Of a stretch of 64,000 bases of DNA, positions 27,801 through 37,289 are shown piece after piece. Origin of the DNA: Tubiluchus corallicola (lineage: Eukaryota; Animalia; Priapulida); the NCBI GenBank assembly GCA_030141605.1, contig JAQGDQ010000637.1:1-64000 (forward strand), read 5' to 3'. Within the stretch, counting starts at the first letter, position 1, and each line of letters opens with the position of its first letter. Position numbers and translations under genes: made by a program. The notes beneath the pieces are model-generated. The model was not told where the DNA came from and ran no database searches. It saw nothing but the letters and a program-made list of their open reading frames with translations.

Positions 27801-30800
27801 TTGCTATCTAAAACTTTAGCATCACTGAAAAGCTCATAGACTGCAACAAAATGAAGTTGACATTTTAAAGCCAGAATTACTGGCTGAACAACATGATAAA
27901 TTTCACAAAATTAGAAGTAAATTTAAAAATCAAAGACGTAGTAATCATTTTTAGCTACACCTACAATAAAACAAACAGCTTGTAGAAACACAAGAAAATG
28001 TGTTAAAGATAGAACTGATAAATGTTATAACCCGGAAGCAATTCATCTTCATAATATTTAATTAGATAATATTAGATAACACCGACATAAATTGCCTTCT
28101 TTAAACTCCTGATTTCAGGAATCATACAATTGAGTTTTTTCTATGATAGATAAAAGATGTCAGTGACATGTGGGAGTTTATTGACGACACATTACAACCT
28201 AATCTACATTTAGAAAAAATGTACAACGGTAAACAAATAAAGCCAGGCTATGCAACAGATTTAGTTTGCAGACTTGTCGGAGTTGCAAGACTACGTCAAT
28301 TGCGAGAAGCACCGGGTAGGTTAAATGAAAACAAAGTCTTATTTAATTTTGTTCATTACCAAAATAATGACTGAAATACAAGATGAAAAAATGACCAAAA
28401 GCAGTATTATAATAATAGGAGTTATGACTGCATGAAGGCAGTTCTAAATTAGAAAATCTGAAACATTTTGCACCTCGACTGAATAACGAATGAAAATACA
28501 GTACAACATAGAGAAATGCACCAGGTATGACAAGTAGGAATGCAATAATATTAGAAGACTTATAAGTGCATAAAAGCAGGTCTAAATTAGAAAGTCTTTT
28601 CTAAGGGTTAGGAAATTTTTGCACCTCCACTGGTGTTCGAGCTCAAAACTTTTTGCTTTCCAAGCAGCTGTGCTTAACACTATTACATCACAAGGCAAAA
28701 ATGGATGGTTCTTGTATATATATATATTTTTTGCATAACTTAGCTGAATAAGGATATCCTAGGCACTGAAAAGGTTATGGTACCCCCACATTTGTGCAAT
28801 TCAGAATAAAACTATACTAAACTATAAAATGAAATTTTATCTTTCAAAGTAAAAAATCTTGCAGTAAGATTAATTTACAGTAAATGCTAAGCTAAGGCAT
28901 CAGCTTTAAATTGCATAAAAAAGTGATTTAAAAATAGATTTAGACGACAGCAAATCTTATAAAAGGAAAGCCATTCCTCAGACCTGCCACCACACATATA
29001 TGGGCAATTTTTACTTTTGGGTAATTATTCAATTTGAAAAAATGCCCCTTTTCTCCTAAAGCCATAAGCGTGCTTATTTTACTTAATTGTTAATTCAGGA
29101 CTGAATTTAGCATGATTGATTTAACTTCTTGCATTATCAGTCACTGCACCTGAAATTCATATTACATCATACTAAACATGTTTTTTTTCGTTCATAAGAT
29201 CTGTGTTTTGTTGACAACCTTCTGGAACCCTACGGTCGAAAATGCGTGAGTGCTTACAGCTGGTCAGGTCAAGATACAAGATCATATCGGTCAGGGTGGC
29301 GATATCGTAAATATCCACGATATCCACCAGACCACTGGACGTTCCAGTCTACACTAGAACTTTGGACATTGCCTTTTTCAGGTGCTTTGTTTGTTTATGT
29401 TTGTTGTTTACAAGAGTAATAGTTATGTTTGTGCTGATGTTTAAACCCGGAGCAGTAACAGAATTGATGATAAATTTAAAATAATGCTGTCGTGTCTGAA
29501 ATAATCAGGAACGCCACCTATAAAAATGGCTACTTGTCATGTTTTTCTTTTGCTTTGCTAAAATCTTGTTTCTTGCTTGATTTTCATTGATTTTTAATGT
29601 CTCTGTATTGTCTCTGTAAAGCTACTAATATCATATTCCACAGTACCACAAGCGCGTGGTTTCTTTTAGCAAATCTGAACTATATTTCAGATTTAATTGC
29701 CTAATTATTCCATACTAGATTTAAGTTTTACTTACAACTGTATTTGGAGTAATTTTTGTCATTTGTGTTTTAATTCATTCATTAATCAAACTTTTGCTGC
29801 AATTTGCTAGAAATTAATTTTGTAAATGATTTATCCAATATAAAAAATAATAAAGTGTTTCCAGTGTTTTTAAGCCAATGTTACAAGCTTGATAAAAAAT
29901 TAGCGAGTGCATTAAATATTTTGTAATAATATTATTGTAGCAAAATATTTTGCGCATAAGTACACTTATAATCAATAATTTGCGAACATCCTACATAGTC
30001 CTCATTTACAATACAAAGCCAGTAGCAGCTTTTACTGAATTGAAGTTATAAGGTTATAGACAGCATAACGGATGACGTCAGAACAATGGCTTTGCGTCAG
30101 CAGTTTTCCAACCGAAAATTGCCAAAAATGGAACCTCTAATTCGTCGGCACTCCTCTTGGTGGACACGTCTTAAAATATAGCCGACATCATCGTGTAGCC
30201 CTGTTATTCCTCTTTCAAAAGACCTATATATCGCCTTCAAAGAGCCCCACCAGGCGCCGCTGGAACATTTTTTTCTACAAGCCGTTTGACCAAAATTTCG
30301 AAAAAATTGAGAATTGGGTCCGGGAAAACGCCCGTTACGGGAAGCCGTGGCCCTCTCGCGAATATATATAAATATATATGTATATATATATATAACATAC
30401 CAGCGAAATTAATATATACGATGCTTTCTTATAATGCTTCTAAAATAAACTTGTTTTATTTATACAGGAAGATTTGCCTACTACAGTGGAGGCGGCTACG
30501 TAAAGACGTTGACTCGAAATCTGACTGAAAACAAATCCATTATTAACTCTCTAAGGAACTCCAGATGGATAAATGATCACACTCGTTCTCTAATGATTGA
30601 ATTCACTTTGTTTAACTCCAACACGAATTTGTTTAGTGTTATCATTCTAGCGGTGGAATTTACTGGAACTGGTGCCGTGGCTCCATATCACAGTATTATG
30701 ACAATGGACCTTGTGAAATATGTGAAGACGGTATCGTGGTCTACTGCAATGGTTGAAATATTCTACTTATTTCTAGTTCTACTTTTTGCAGTCAGAGAAG

Positions 30801-31501
30801 TGGCAAAACTTTATAACTTGAAAACTGCATACTTTTTTGATTTATGGAATTACATTGAGTTAAGCATATTGGTTTTGTCTGTAATGGGTGTGGCATTTTT
30901 TGCAAAAAGAACTCTTGTTGTCGAGTCACTGTTAAAACAAAACTTCCTTGCAAAACAGTCTGTCTTTATTAGTTTCTACGAAGCTGCATTTTGGAACTTT
31001 GCTGTTGAATATGTGCTAGGCATCCTGGTTTTTATTGTATCGATTAAATTGTGGCACATGTTACTATTCAACCAAGTAATGGCCATTTATTGTTTCACTC
31101 TGTCTCTCTCATATGCTCCAATAGTCAACTTCTCTTTAATGACTATACTTGCACTAATTCCTTTTGTTCTGTTTGCAACTTTGATGTTTGGAAATAACCA
31201 ATCAGAATTTAACACATTGGCTACATCACTACGAACGTTGATATATTTATTAGTAAGAGCAGGTAGAGATTACTTGGTCACTATAGCCGAGTCTTCATAC
31301 CTTGGTCTATTATTTTTAGTTATTTTCATTGGTTTTTCTTTCGTAATTTTACTGTGTTTGTTTAGAGTCATATTAATAAACTCATACCGGTTAGTAATTA
31401 AGAGATATAGGCACATGAAAACACATTATGATATTGTGGATCACATTAGTCGAAAAGTGGATAGAATTCGTTTTTCAAAGATAGCCGAAACTTGGAAATA
31501 G
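1318..31501 (+). CDS. Polycystin-1-family (PKD1L/PKDREJ-like) receptor-channel subunit, gene 1, 5'-partial, 23 exons, ~1798 aa in window
   Basis: Exons: 1318-1468, 1600-1688, 2188-2341, 3107-3255, 4560-5460, 5921(or 5915)-6068, 6343-6445, 8160-8280, 8735-8838, 10371-10601, 12046-12166, 12843-13002, 13474-13612, 15801-15908, 17131-17263, 18959-19082, 24566-24623, 24773-25545, 26221-26391, 26713-26788, 28150-28315, 29199-29381, 30468-31501. All junctions are GT-AG with matching phases; total 5397 nt, open to TAG at 31499-31501. Family motifs: NPFAW, CLYWDE..EEWSQAGC, CKCYHMTAF (GPS), YLIIVYTG..GAGTTSNV/WHDNTGESPKWYL (PLAT), HLWASIF.RP..SNFTRIQRLTC, LYGLKFG...WL, ARLRQLR, YSGGGY, WINDHTRSLMIEFTLFNSNTNLF. 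Orthology within the family is not determinable by eye. Confidence 0.93.
4168..4395. repeat. Degenerate ~30-bp minisatellite, ~7 copies
   Basis: Unit TACATTCTATGAGTTGCTAAAACATTGGTT. Confidence 0.75.
4560..5460 (+). CDS. Gene 1 exon 5: GAIN strands (..KPT..D..YYVGL) followed by a 32-Cys insert
   Basis: Acceptor cattttag|G at 4560, donor ATAG|gtattg at 5460; 901 nt open frame; 32 Cys between 4758 and 5396. Confidence 0.85.
5921..8280 (+). CDS. Gene 1 exons 6-8: extra PLAT/LH2 domain upstream of the GPS
   Basis: Spliced: ENVIYQISIQTADVKYAGTAASVSLQLHGKHIDSDKITLDSSFGSFRRAQTDDFNISTISVGTLNFISVWHDNRFVGPAWLLEKVVIRVSYLEYACPCMTWLEGD; matches the PLAT consensus Y.I.V.T....AGT...V.L.L.G..F.R...D.F..WHDN....P.W.L..V..FPC..WL. 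Confidence 0.88.
6460..7437. repeat. 45-bp minisatellite, ~22 copies, intronic
   Basis: Unit TTGCAGGTGTGTTTGTTGATCATGTCAGTTTGTTCAGAATGGTTA. Confidence 0.95.
8735..10601 (+). CDS. Gene 1 exons 9-10: GPS motif and TM1
   Basis: RYNFSLSFYSSQCLYWDEMLEEWSQAGCE|VGPRATMTQIHCKCYHMTAFSGKFVVKPNFV..NPVVVLFVLLIWLLYLIMFLYARKNDRRD. Confidence 0.92.
8950..9272. repeat. Degenerate CATACAGTTT-based tandem repeat
   Basis: Recurrent TTTCATACAGT / TTTCAGACAGT motifs. Confidence 0.75.
9815..9935 (+). mobile_element. Degenerate tRNA-derived SINE remnant (Meta-SINE-like core)
   Basis: Decayed B-box-like gagtttgata followed by GGTCATGCCAAAGACTTGAAAATGATAC..CCTACTTGGCGCGTAGTATTTAGGG, resembling from memory the conserved Meta-SINE core. 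Confidence 0.4.
12046..13612 (+). CDS. Gene 1 exons 11-13: canonical cytoplasmic PLAT domain
   Basis: LEDNDPFDKYAYLIIVYTGMRKGAGTTSNVTIAIEG..LEAGSEDWFVMTTENSLGELSSIELWHDNTGESPKWYLNQIVVRDLQTNEVWCFLYNNWLAV. Confidence 0.92.
13700..14052. repeat. 31-bp minisatellite, ~11 copies
   Basis: Unit TAACGTAACTAAGTTATGGCAGATTTATTCT. Confidence 0.9.
15801..25545 (+). CDS. Gene 1 exons 14-18: TM2-TM5 and acidic cytoplasmic loop
   Basis: DSHLWASIFCRPAQSNFTRIQ|RLTCLLSLLLTGMLANIMFY..IG|IESSLIVLPINILIIQIFR..LPQWCAIIGWTL..LYGLKFGYSKSVAWL..SIFLSQPIKV. Confidence 0.9.
16098..16551. mobile_element. Tc1/mariner-pogo (Tc2-like) MITE
   Basis: Perfect 27-bp TIR CCGTATTTTCCCGTGTATAAGAGACCC / GGGTCTCTTATACACGGGAAAATACGG; TA on the left flank; internal repeats of TGTATAAGAGACCC. 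Confidence 0.85.
17984..18868 (+). repeat. ~0.8 kb near-identical duplicate of 40605-41460, ending in (GA)n
   Basis: Both start AACTCCAGTGGATGACTTTG and align with only a few substitutions up to GGCGCGCGTGCGGCA(GA)n. Confidence 0.92.
19772..24000 (-). mobile_element. Decayed CR1/L2-group LINE (PHD, APE endonuclease, RT), antisense in a gene 1 intron
   Basis: Minus-strand fragments: PHD-like CKKTVKRNQRG..DCCGFWIHLKC (~23870-23960), SDFNLN, NKSPGMD, QFGFRKGCSTE, DLSKTFDTIDHSILL, YINDL, FQFADDTT, FLGIVLHENLDW; 3' end AATAAACTTGAAAAAAA at ~19772. Many stops and frameshifts; unrelated sequence at ~21030-21690. Confidence 0.88.
26221..31501 (+). CDS. Gene 1 exons 19-23: TM6, TOP (polycystin) domain and PKD channel domain
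   Basis: YRPPEQK..KEIILFGIFVLLLSNIVY..DMWEFIDDTLQPNLH..LVGVARLRQLR..C..C..WTFQS..GRFAYYSGGGYV..RWINDHTRSLMIEFTLFNSNTNLF..YFFDLWNYIEL..FYEAAFWN..IKLWHMLLFN; AATAAA at 31570-31575. Confidence 0.92.
26826..27211. mobile_element. piggyBac-like MITE
   Basis: ttaa|CTCCTTCAGTGCCA ... TGGCCCTGAAGGAG|ttaa; TTAA target duplication, 13/14 TIR match. Confidence 0.7.
30110..30421 (-). mobile_element. Probable Helitron 5' fragment related to the element at window start
   Basis: Reverse complement begins TCGTATATATTAATTTCGCTGGTAT, then a (TA)n tract and a GC-richer body. Confidence 0.4.
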
Positions 31502-32829
31502 CTTGTTAATGCAATATGAATGATTGTGTTAGTTAGTTGTCTTATAGTTAGTTATGAACACCCGTCTTGAATAAAAATCTACAGTTGTACTGCTAAGCAT
31601 TGCTTTTACTGATATTCACAATTTTATATTGTCTCTGTAAAACTACTAATATCATATTCACAAGCACATGGTTTCTATCATCGATACTTTTAATTACAAA
31701 ACTAATAAGTAAACTAATTAGACATAGATCTTCAACAGGGTCATATCTTGGCCTATATATCGCTTGGGTGTACCGGTACCAGTACCCGCTTTGCTACAAA
31801 TGCCATCCGTCATAAAAGCAAAGTTAACGTCTCTAGAGTGAAAAACATCCAGTGGGTAGTCTGGGAAGCCATTTTTGTAAACCTCGTCAAATTAAACATC
31901 GTGATAATTTAATTTTTAATCAGTAGATAAACTGATTGTACTTTTTGCAAGGCAGCAATTATTTTTGCAAGTTATTAAAACTTCAAGTAAACCAAAAAAA
32001 TCAGCAATTCTTTAGAATTTGAAGCAGAATGTAGCAATAAAGTTTCAAATAACTACAAAATGCATTGACGTGAGTACCTAGTCGGGTCATAATTATAAAT
32101 GAACAAAGCTAGTAATCTTAGCTTTAAGACAAATTGGCAATAAAATATATTTACGAAAGTCTCTCTTGCCTTTCACTTACAGCGCTCTTCGAGACCCCCT
32201 AACTGTTTGTGCGTCAAATTTTTTGACCGGAAGTGGTGCTGACAAGCCACTGGCGTAGCAGTGTTTAGTTTTTTTGCTGGAATACTGCTGCGTTTACGTG
32301 TCTGAGGCAGATTTCTTTTATTTTAGAATTCTGCCTGCCCAATATCTACAATAGATGTGACGGGTGTATGATGATGATGATGAAACTCTGGCGACGCCCA
32401 TTGTACTACATTTAAACTCCAGAACATCAAATATGTTTAATATGCAGCAATTGTCGTTTTATCTGTAATAATAAATCACAGCAATAAGTTTTTAGCGAAA
32501 AAGCAAGTTTGATACAGGAAAATTACTAAATTAGGTTAGGTGATTTTCGTCTATAATTATACAAAAATAATAGCGAAATAATTCCTAATTGCATAAAGCA
32601 GTGCAATAAACATAATTAGACACATGTGGTCTCCCTGAATTTTGGCACTTATAACTTGCAAAAAAGCAATAGAAATCAATTCACAACATTCACATCAGAT
32701 CAACTTGAATTGCATACCAGGTAATGTCTACCTGGCCAACAACCTGGTCACATGACTGATGACAGTTAAAGGGGCAAGACCATATTTAACAGGTAGCGAA
32801 GCGTGTATGTGCATAACACCTCCCCCATA

Positions 32830-34560
32830 AATGCCTCCACGAGCATTTATCACCTAACTAAAAAAACAATCACACGTTCATCATTTGACCTTCAGTGAAA
32901 CACAACATGTGTATAGGGCGTATAGGGTGTATTAAGAAACCCCTATTTGGTTTTCAAGGTGACACGCCTCACCAGACCATCCTTGCTAATAAAACCTTCT
33001 GTGTAGTCATATCAATTCGAGGTCAATCATCTTCTGGTAGCATCAGGAATCTAGGTCCGAATTTTCAGCATTTCGACTCTAACAGTCCATTTAATCCTCG
33101 AGATAGGTCGTCAGCTGCATTTTCCTCAGAAGGGACATATCTCCATTGCTCTGGTGATGAGACCTCTAGAATGCTTGTGACCTTGTTTTGCACGAAGGTA
33201 TGAAAGCACTTGACAGTATTTCGTAAGTAGTGCAGAATAATAAGACTATCCGTCCAAAATATTGACCCGTCAATATGGATCGTAAGCTCTTTCGTAGCAT
33301 CCTTTTCAAGTTGCTGCTGCTCATAATTCCAGGCGAGGAATAGTCAGTCCTTTCATTGGAGTTAGCCTTGATTTCGCAATGACAAAGGCAGTGTGGATAG
33401 CATTGAGCTCATTCTGCTGATGAATGAACACTACCACACCATAAGCACCTTCAGAAGCGTCACAAAAATAAAGAAGCTCTGTGGATATTACCTTACCAAA
33501 CTCACGAGGCTTTTTTGATCTCTCAATCTTGAAATTTGTTAACAGGGTGCTTTCTTCTTCCCATTGTTTCCATTTCTTCTCAAAGGCGCCGTCCAACTTG
33601 CTATCCCACGTTTTGTCTGGTAAACGACATTCTTCTTGAAACCGTTTCTTTCCTTGTAGAACAAACGGGCCACACATTCCAAGGGGATCATAGATACTGG
33701 AAACAGAACGAAGCAATCTACGTTCTGTATTGGGATGCTCCTTTTGTTTTACATGGACGCCTAGCGTATCAGCCTTCATCTGACAACTTATCCCCAATGC
33801 ACACTCATTCGGCAGTGTGTCATGTGACAAGTTTAGATCTTTAACGCCTTTTCTTCAATTATATATGTCGTGAAGATATGTCCCCTATCTTCAATTGGGA
33901 TAATGTCGAGAACACCTTTATCATTTGACATCCATTTCGTCAAGCAGAATCCACCCTTCTGTGAAAGCAGCTTTAGCTGGGTAATTAGCTTCAATGCTTG
34001 CTCCACATTCTCGACTGACTTTAGGCAGCCATCCACATAAAAATTGTAAAGCCCAGTTGCTACTGTTTCTTTATCAAAGCAATATTGGTAGTCCAATGCA
34101 ATGCGTTTCAAGGCAAATGAAGCTGCATTGGGGGACCAAACCCCTCCAAAAAGATGCACGGTCATCCTAAGTATCTGAAGAAGCTGGTCAATTCGTCCTT
34201 CAGGCCACCAAATGAATCTCAGCATATCTCTAAGCTTGTGCGAAACAAACACTTGGTGATACATCTCACGTATATCTGCTAGCACGGTAACTGGATACTG
34301 CCTAAATCGCAAGACGACACCAACCAAATTATTCGTAAGGTCTAGACCTTGCGAAGCCAATTTGTTCAGTGAGATACCTTCACACTCTGCACCACAATCA
34401 AAAACAATACGGGTTTTATCTGGTTTATTTTCGTTAAAGACTGGAAAGTGAGGAAGATACCAAGTTAGATGTGAAGGAGTACTTGCTAATTGTTCTTACA
34501 CTAGCTCTGCATGACCCTTGTTTAGCAAATCGTTGATTCCGTCAGTGTACATTTGATGAG
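32830..34560 (-). mobile_element. BEL/Pao LTR retrotransposon pol remnant (RT and RNase H/peptidase A17 region)
   Basis: WYLPHFPV, RIVFDC, LRFRQYPV..ADIREMYHQV, HLFGGVWSP, FYVDGCL (catalytic YVDD mutated), IYDPLG, FCDASEGAYG, AKSRLTPMKGLTIPRLEL; premature stops; no LTRs recognised. Confidence 0.9.
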
Positions 34561-34654
34561 GAATTGACTCTAATACAATACTCGCCTATAACGTATAGCA
34601 ACCCCCTGGCTGAAGGTGGAGTTTACGAGCATCCAGACAGGTGCATTGCTGCTG

Positions 34655-35570
34655 AGTGGATCATTGTTGCCAATTATGTGATTTTCATTATTTGACATTC
34701 GTTATCATGTACTGTAAATGTGGAGGATTCAAGGTAGGAATGTTAAATGGATCATTGTTGTCATTTGTGTGATTTTCATTGTTTTGACATTCGTTATCAT
34801 GTATTGTGAAGGTGGAAGGTTGCAGGTAGGAATGTTGGATGGTTCTTGGTTGCTATTTATGTGATTTTCATTGTTTTGACATTTGTTATCTTGTATTGTG
34901 ATGGTGGGGGATTCCAGGTAGGAATGTTGACTGGTTCATTGTTGCCGTTTACGTGATTTTCATTGTTTTGGCATTCATTATCATGTACTGTGAAGGTGGA
35001 GGATTCAAGGTAGGAATGTTAAATGGATCATTGTTGTCATTTGTGTGATTTTCATTGTTTTGGCATTCATTATCATGTACTGTGAAGGTGGAGGATTCAA
35101 GGTAGGAATGTTAAATGGATCATTGTTGTCATTTGTGTGATTTTCATTGTTTTGACATTCGTTATCATGTACTGTAAATGTGGAGGATTCAAGGTAGGAA
35201 TGTTAAATGGATCATTGTTGTCATTTGTGTGATTTTCATTGTTTTGACATTCGTTATCATGTACTGTGAATGTGGAGGATTCCAGGTACGAATGTTGGAT
35301 GGTTCATTGTTGCCATTTATGTGATTTTCATTGTTTTGATATTCGTTATCATGTATTGTGAAGGTGGAGGGTTGCAGGTAGGAATGTTGGATGGTTCTTA
35401 GTTGCTATTTATGTGATTTTCATTGTTTTGACATTTGTTATCTTGTATTGTGATGGTGGAGGATTCCAGGTAGGAATGTTGACTGGTTCATTGTTGCCGT
35501 TTACGTGATTTTCATTGTTTTGGCATTCATTATCATGTACTGTGAAGGTGGAGGATTTTAGGTAGGAATG
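34655..35570. repeat. 92-bp tandem repeat, ~10 copies
   Basis: GGTAGGAATG recurs at 35009, 35101 and 35193 (period 92). Confidence 0.92.
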
Positions 35571-36147
35571 ATTCAGCAGTTAATCAGTATATGCTTAGTT
35601 GTAATTACGCAAAAGGCAGGCAAAAGCAATACCACTATGAAGAAAACCATGATTCAAAATGTTTTCCCAACTTAAAGGAAAACCAGATGATTGATTTGAC
35701 TCGACCTCATTTTAATTTACTGTCGAAAATATGCATTTTCTTGCCCATATTCTAGCATAAAAGCTAGTACTTATTCCTAATAATTGAATAATTACACTGG
35801 AAAGTTAATTAACAGCAATGGAACACCGCTATCGCTTACATCACAAACAATTCACAGTTTGTGCAATGGTAGGCATCTTTCCTGCGCATCAATCACGTTT
35901 GCGTAAGCGAAGATTGTTATAAGAAGCTGATGTGATGCCACGAAAATGAGGTCTACATCACACTGACGTCAAAGACGAAGGCTGCAGTTCGTGATCATGC
36001 CTGTCACGGTACTGTGCTTATTCATCGGCCAAACCAATGTGACTAAAAGAGCCAACTAAAAAAGTTGTTTATTAATGAGTACTTGATTGAGAGACAGTCA
36101 ACGTAATAAGAGACTGTTCTTGTTTAATACTCATTTTCATGTTTCAG

Positions 36148-36399
36148 GCACTAGATTGGGACCTAGTTAGGCAGCAAAAGACAGAGGACAGACGGCCACC
36201 AACGAGGCAGGACTTGTACACTTTGCACAAACATGATGAGATTGTAATGAGTGAAGTCAGTGATGACTACCACGCTGGAGATTACGAAAAAATGAACAAT
36301 TTTAACGTTAACGTCGTGATAAATAGTGTCTGTGGTAACGAAAAGAACGCGTACTCGAACAAAGGCTTTCAAGATGCAGACAATATCAATCATATGTAA
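36148..36399 (+). CDS. Orphan terminal-exon candidate encoding an 83-aa hydrophilic tail
   Basis: Good acceptor (tcattttcatgtttcag|GCA), open to TAA at 36397-36399; ends NAYSNKGFQD. Parent gene uncertain. Confidence 0.4.
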   Translation, partial: ALDWDLVRQQKTEDRRPPTRQDLYTLHKHDEIVMSEVSDDYHAGDYEKMNNFNVNVVINSVCGNEKNAYSNKGFQDADNINHM

Positions 36400-36581
36400 T
36401 CCTATGGAAGAACTTTGTGTGCGTAAAGTGTGATGCGTGATCCGTTATCCGCAATGCGTGGTACGCATTGGCTGTTTCCATATATACGTATAAAAAAGCA
36501 GGCGGTGTCCGTTACTGCTATACGCAGAATATTGCTTGGAAAGTGCTGCCCACGTACATACAACTAAGATGTTAATTAATT

Positions 36582-36836
36582 ATTATTTAAAGCGTTTACA
36601 TTCAGTTATAAACATCTGCACACAATCAAATTATTGTAAAATATTCGGTTGTGTGCAGATGTTTTCAAATGATTCAGTTATAAAGATCTTCACACAATCA
36701 AATTATTGTAAAATATTTGGTTGTGTGCAGATGTTTACAACTGATACAGTTATAAAGGTCTACACACAATCAAATTACTGTAAAATACTCAATTGTGTGC
36801 AGATGTTTATAACCGAATCTAAACGCTTTAAATAAT
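36582..36836. mobile_element. Foldback/palindromic element with internal 72-bp triplication
   Basis: ~45-bp terminal inverted repeats ATTATTTAAAGCGTTTA.ATTC.GTTATAAACATCTGCACACAAT; CACACAATCAAATT recurs at 36619, 36691 and 36763. Confidence 0.7.
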
Positions 36837-37289
36837 GATCAACGAGACCAACTTAATTTTATGTATGTTGTGAAAATTAATGTTAAAAGATATTTTTATA
36901 GGTTAATCGTACAATTACTTACCAATAGCTTGTCATTTTTAATTAAACAACGTAACTAATAATTCTAAAAATATTGCGTTTATATCGATTTACTAACACT
37001 TGTTAAATTTACTAAGATGTGAATGCTCACGTATAAGTTGTTAAAACTGTCTGTCTGTAATAAAAGTATGCTTAAATTAAAGTATCCCAGGGGTCATTTG
37101 CAGCTTGGCATCTTGTGTACATAGTAATAAATATGTTATTAAAATCTTCTGAAGTGCTATGCTGTAATGATCGTTGTGTGTATATTTAATAAATAATAAT
37201 AATAATAATAATAGTAATAAGTGCTGCCCTCTACAAATGTGGTTGGGATTGGTAAGATACAATGGCCGAGCAGAACAATGTTGGCCATA

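Noticed and set aside
28615-28692. Minus-strand tRNA-like sequence
   Set aside because: A/B boxes and stems are too degenerate for a tRNA gene; at most a SINE head remnant.
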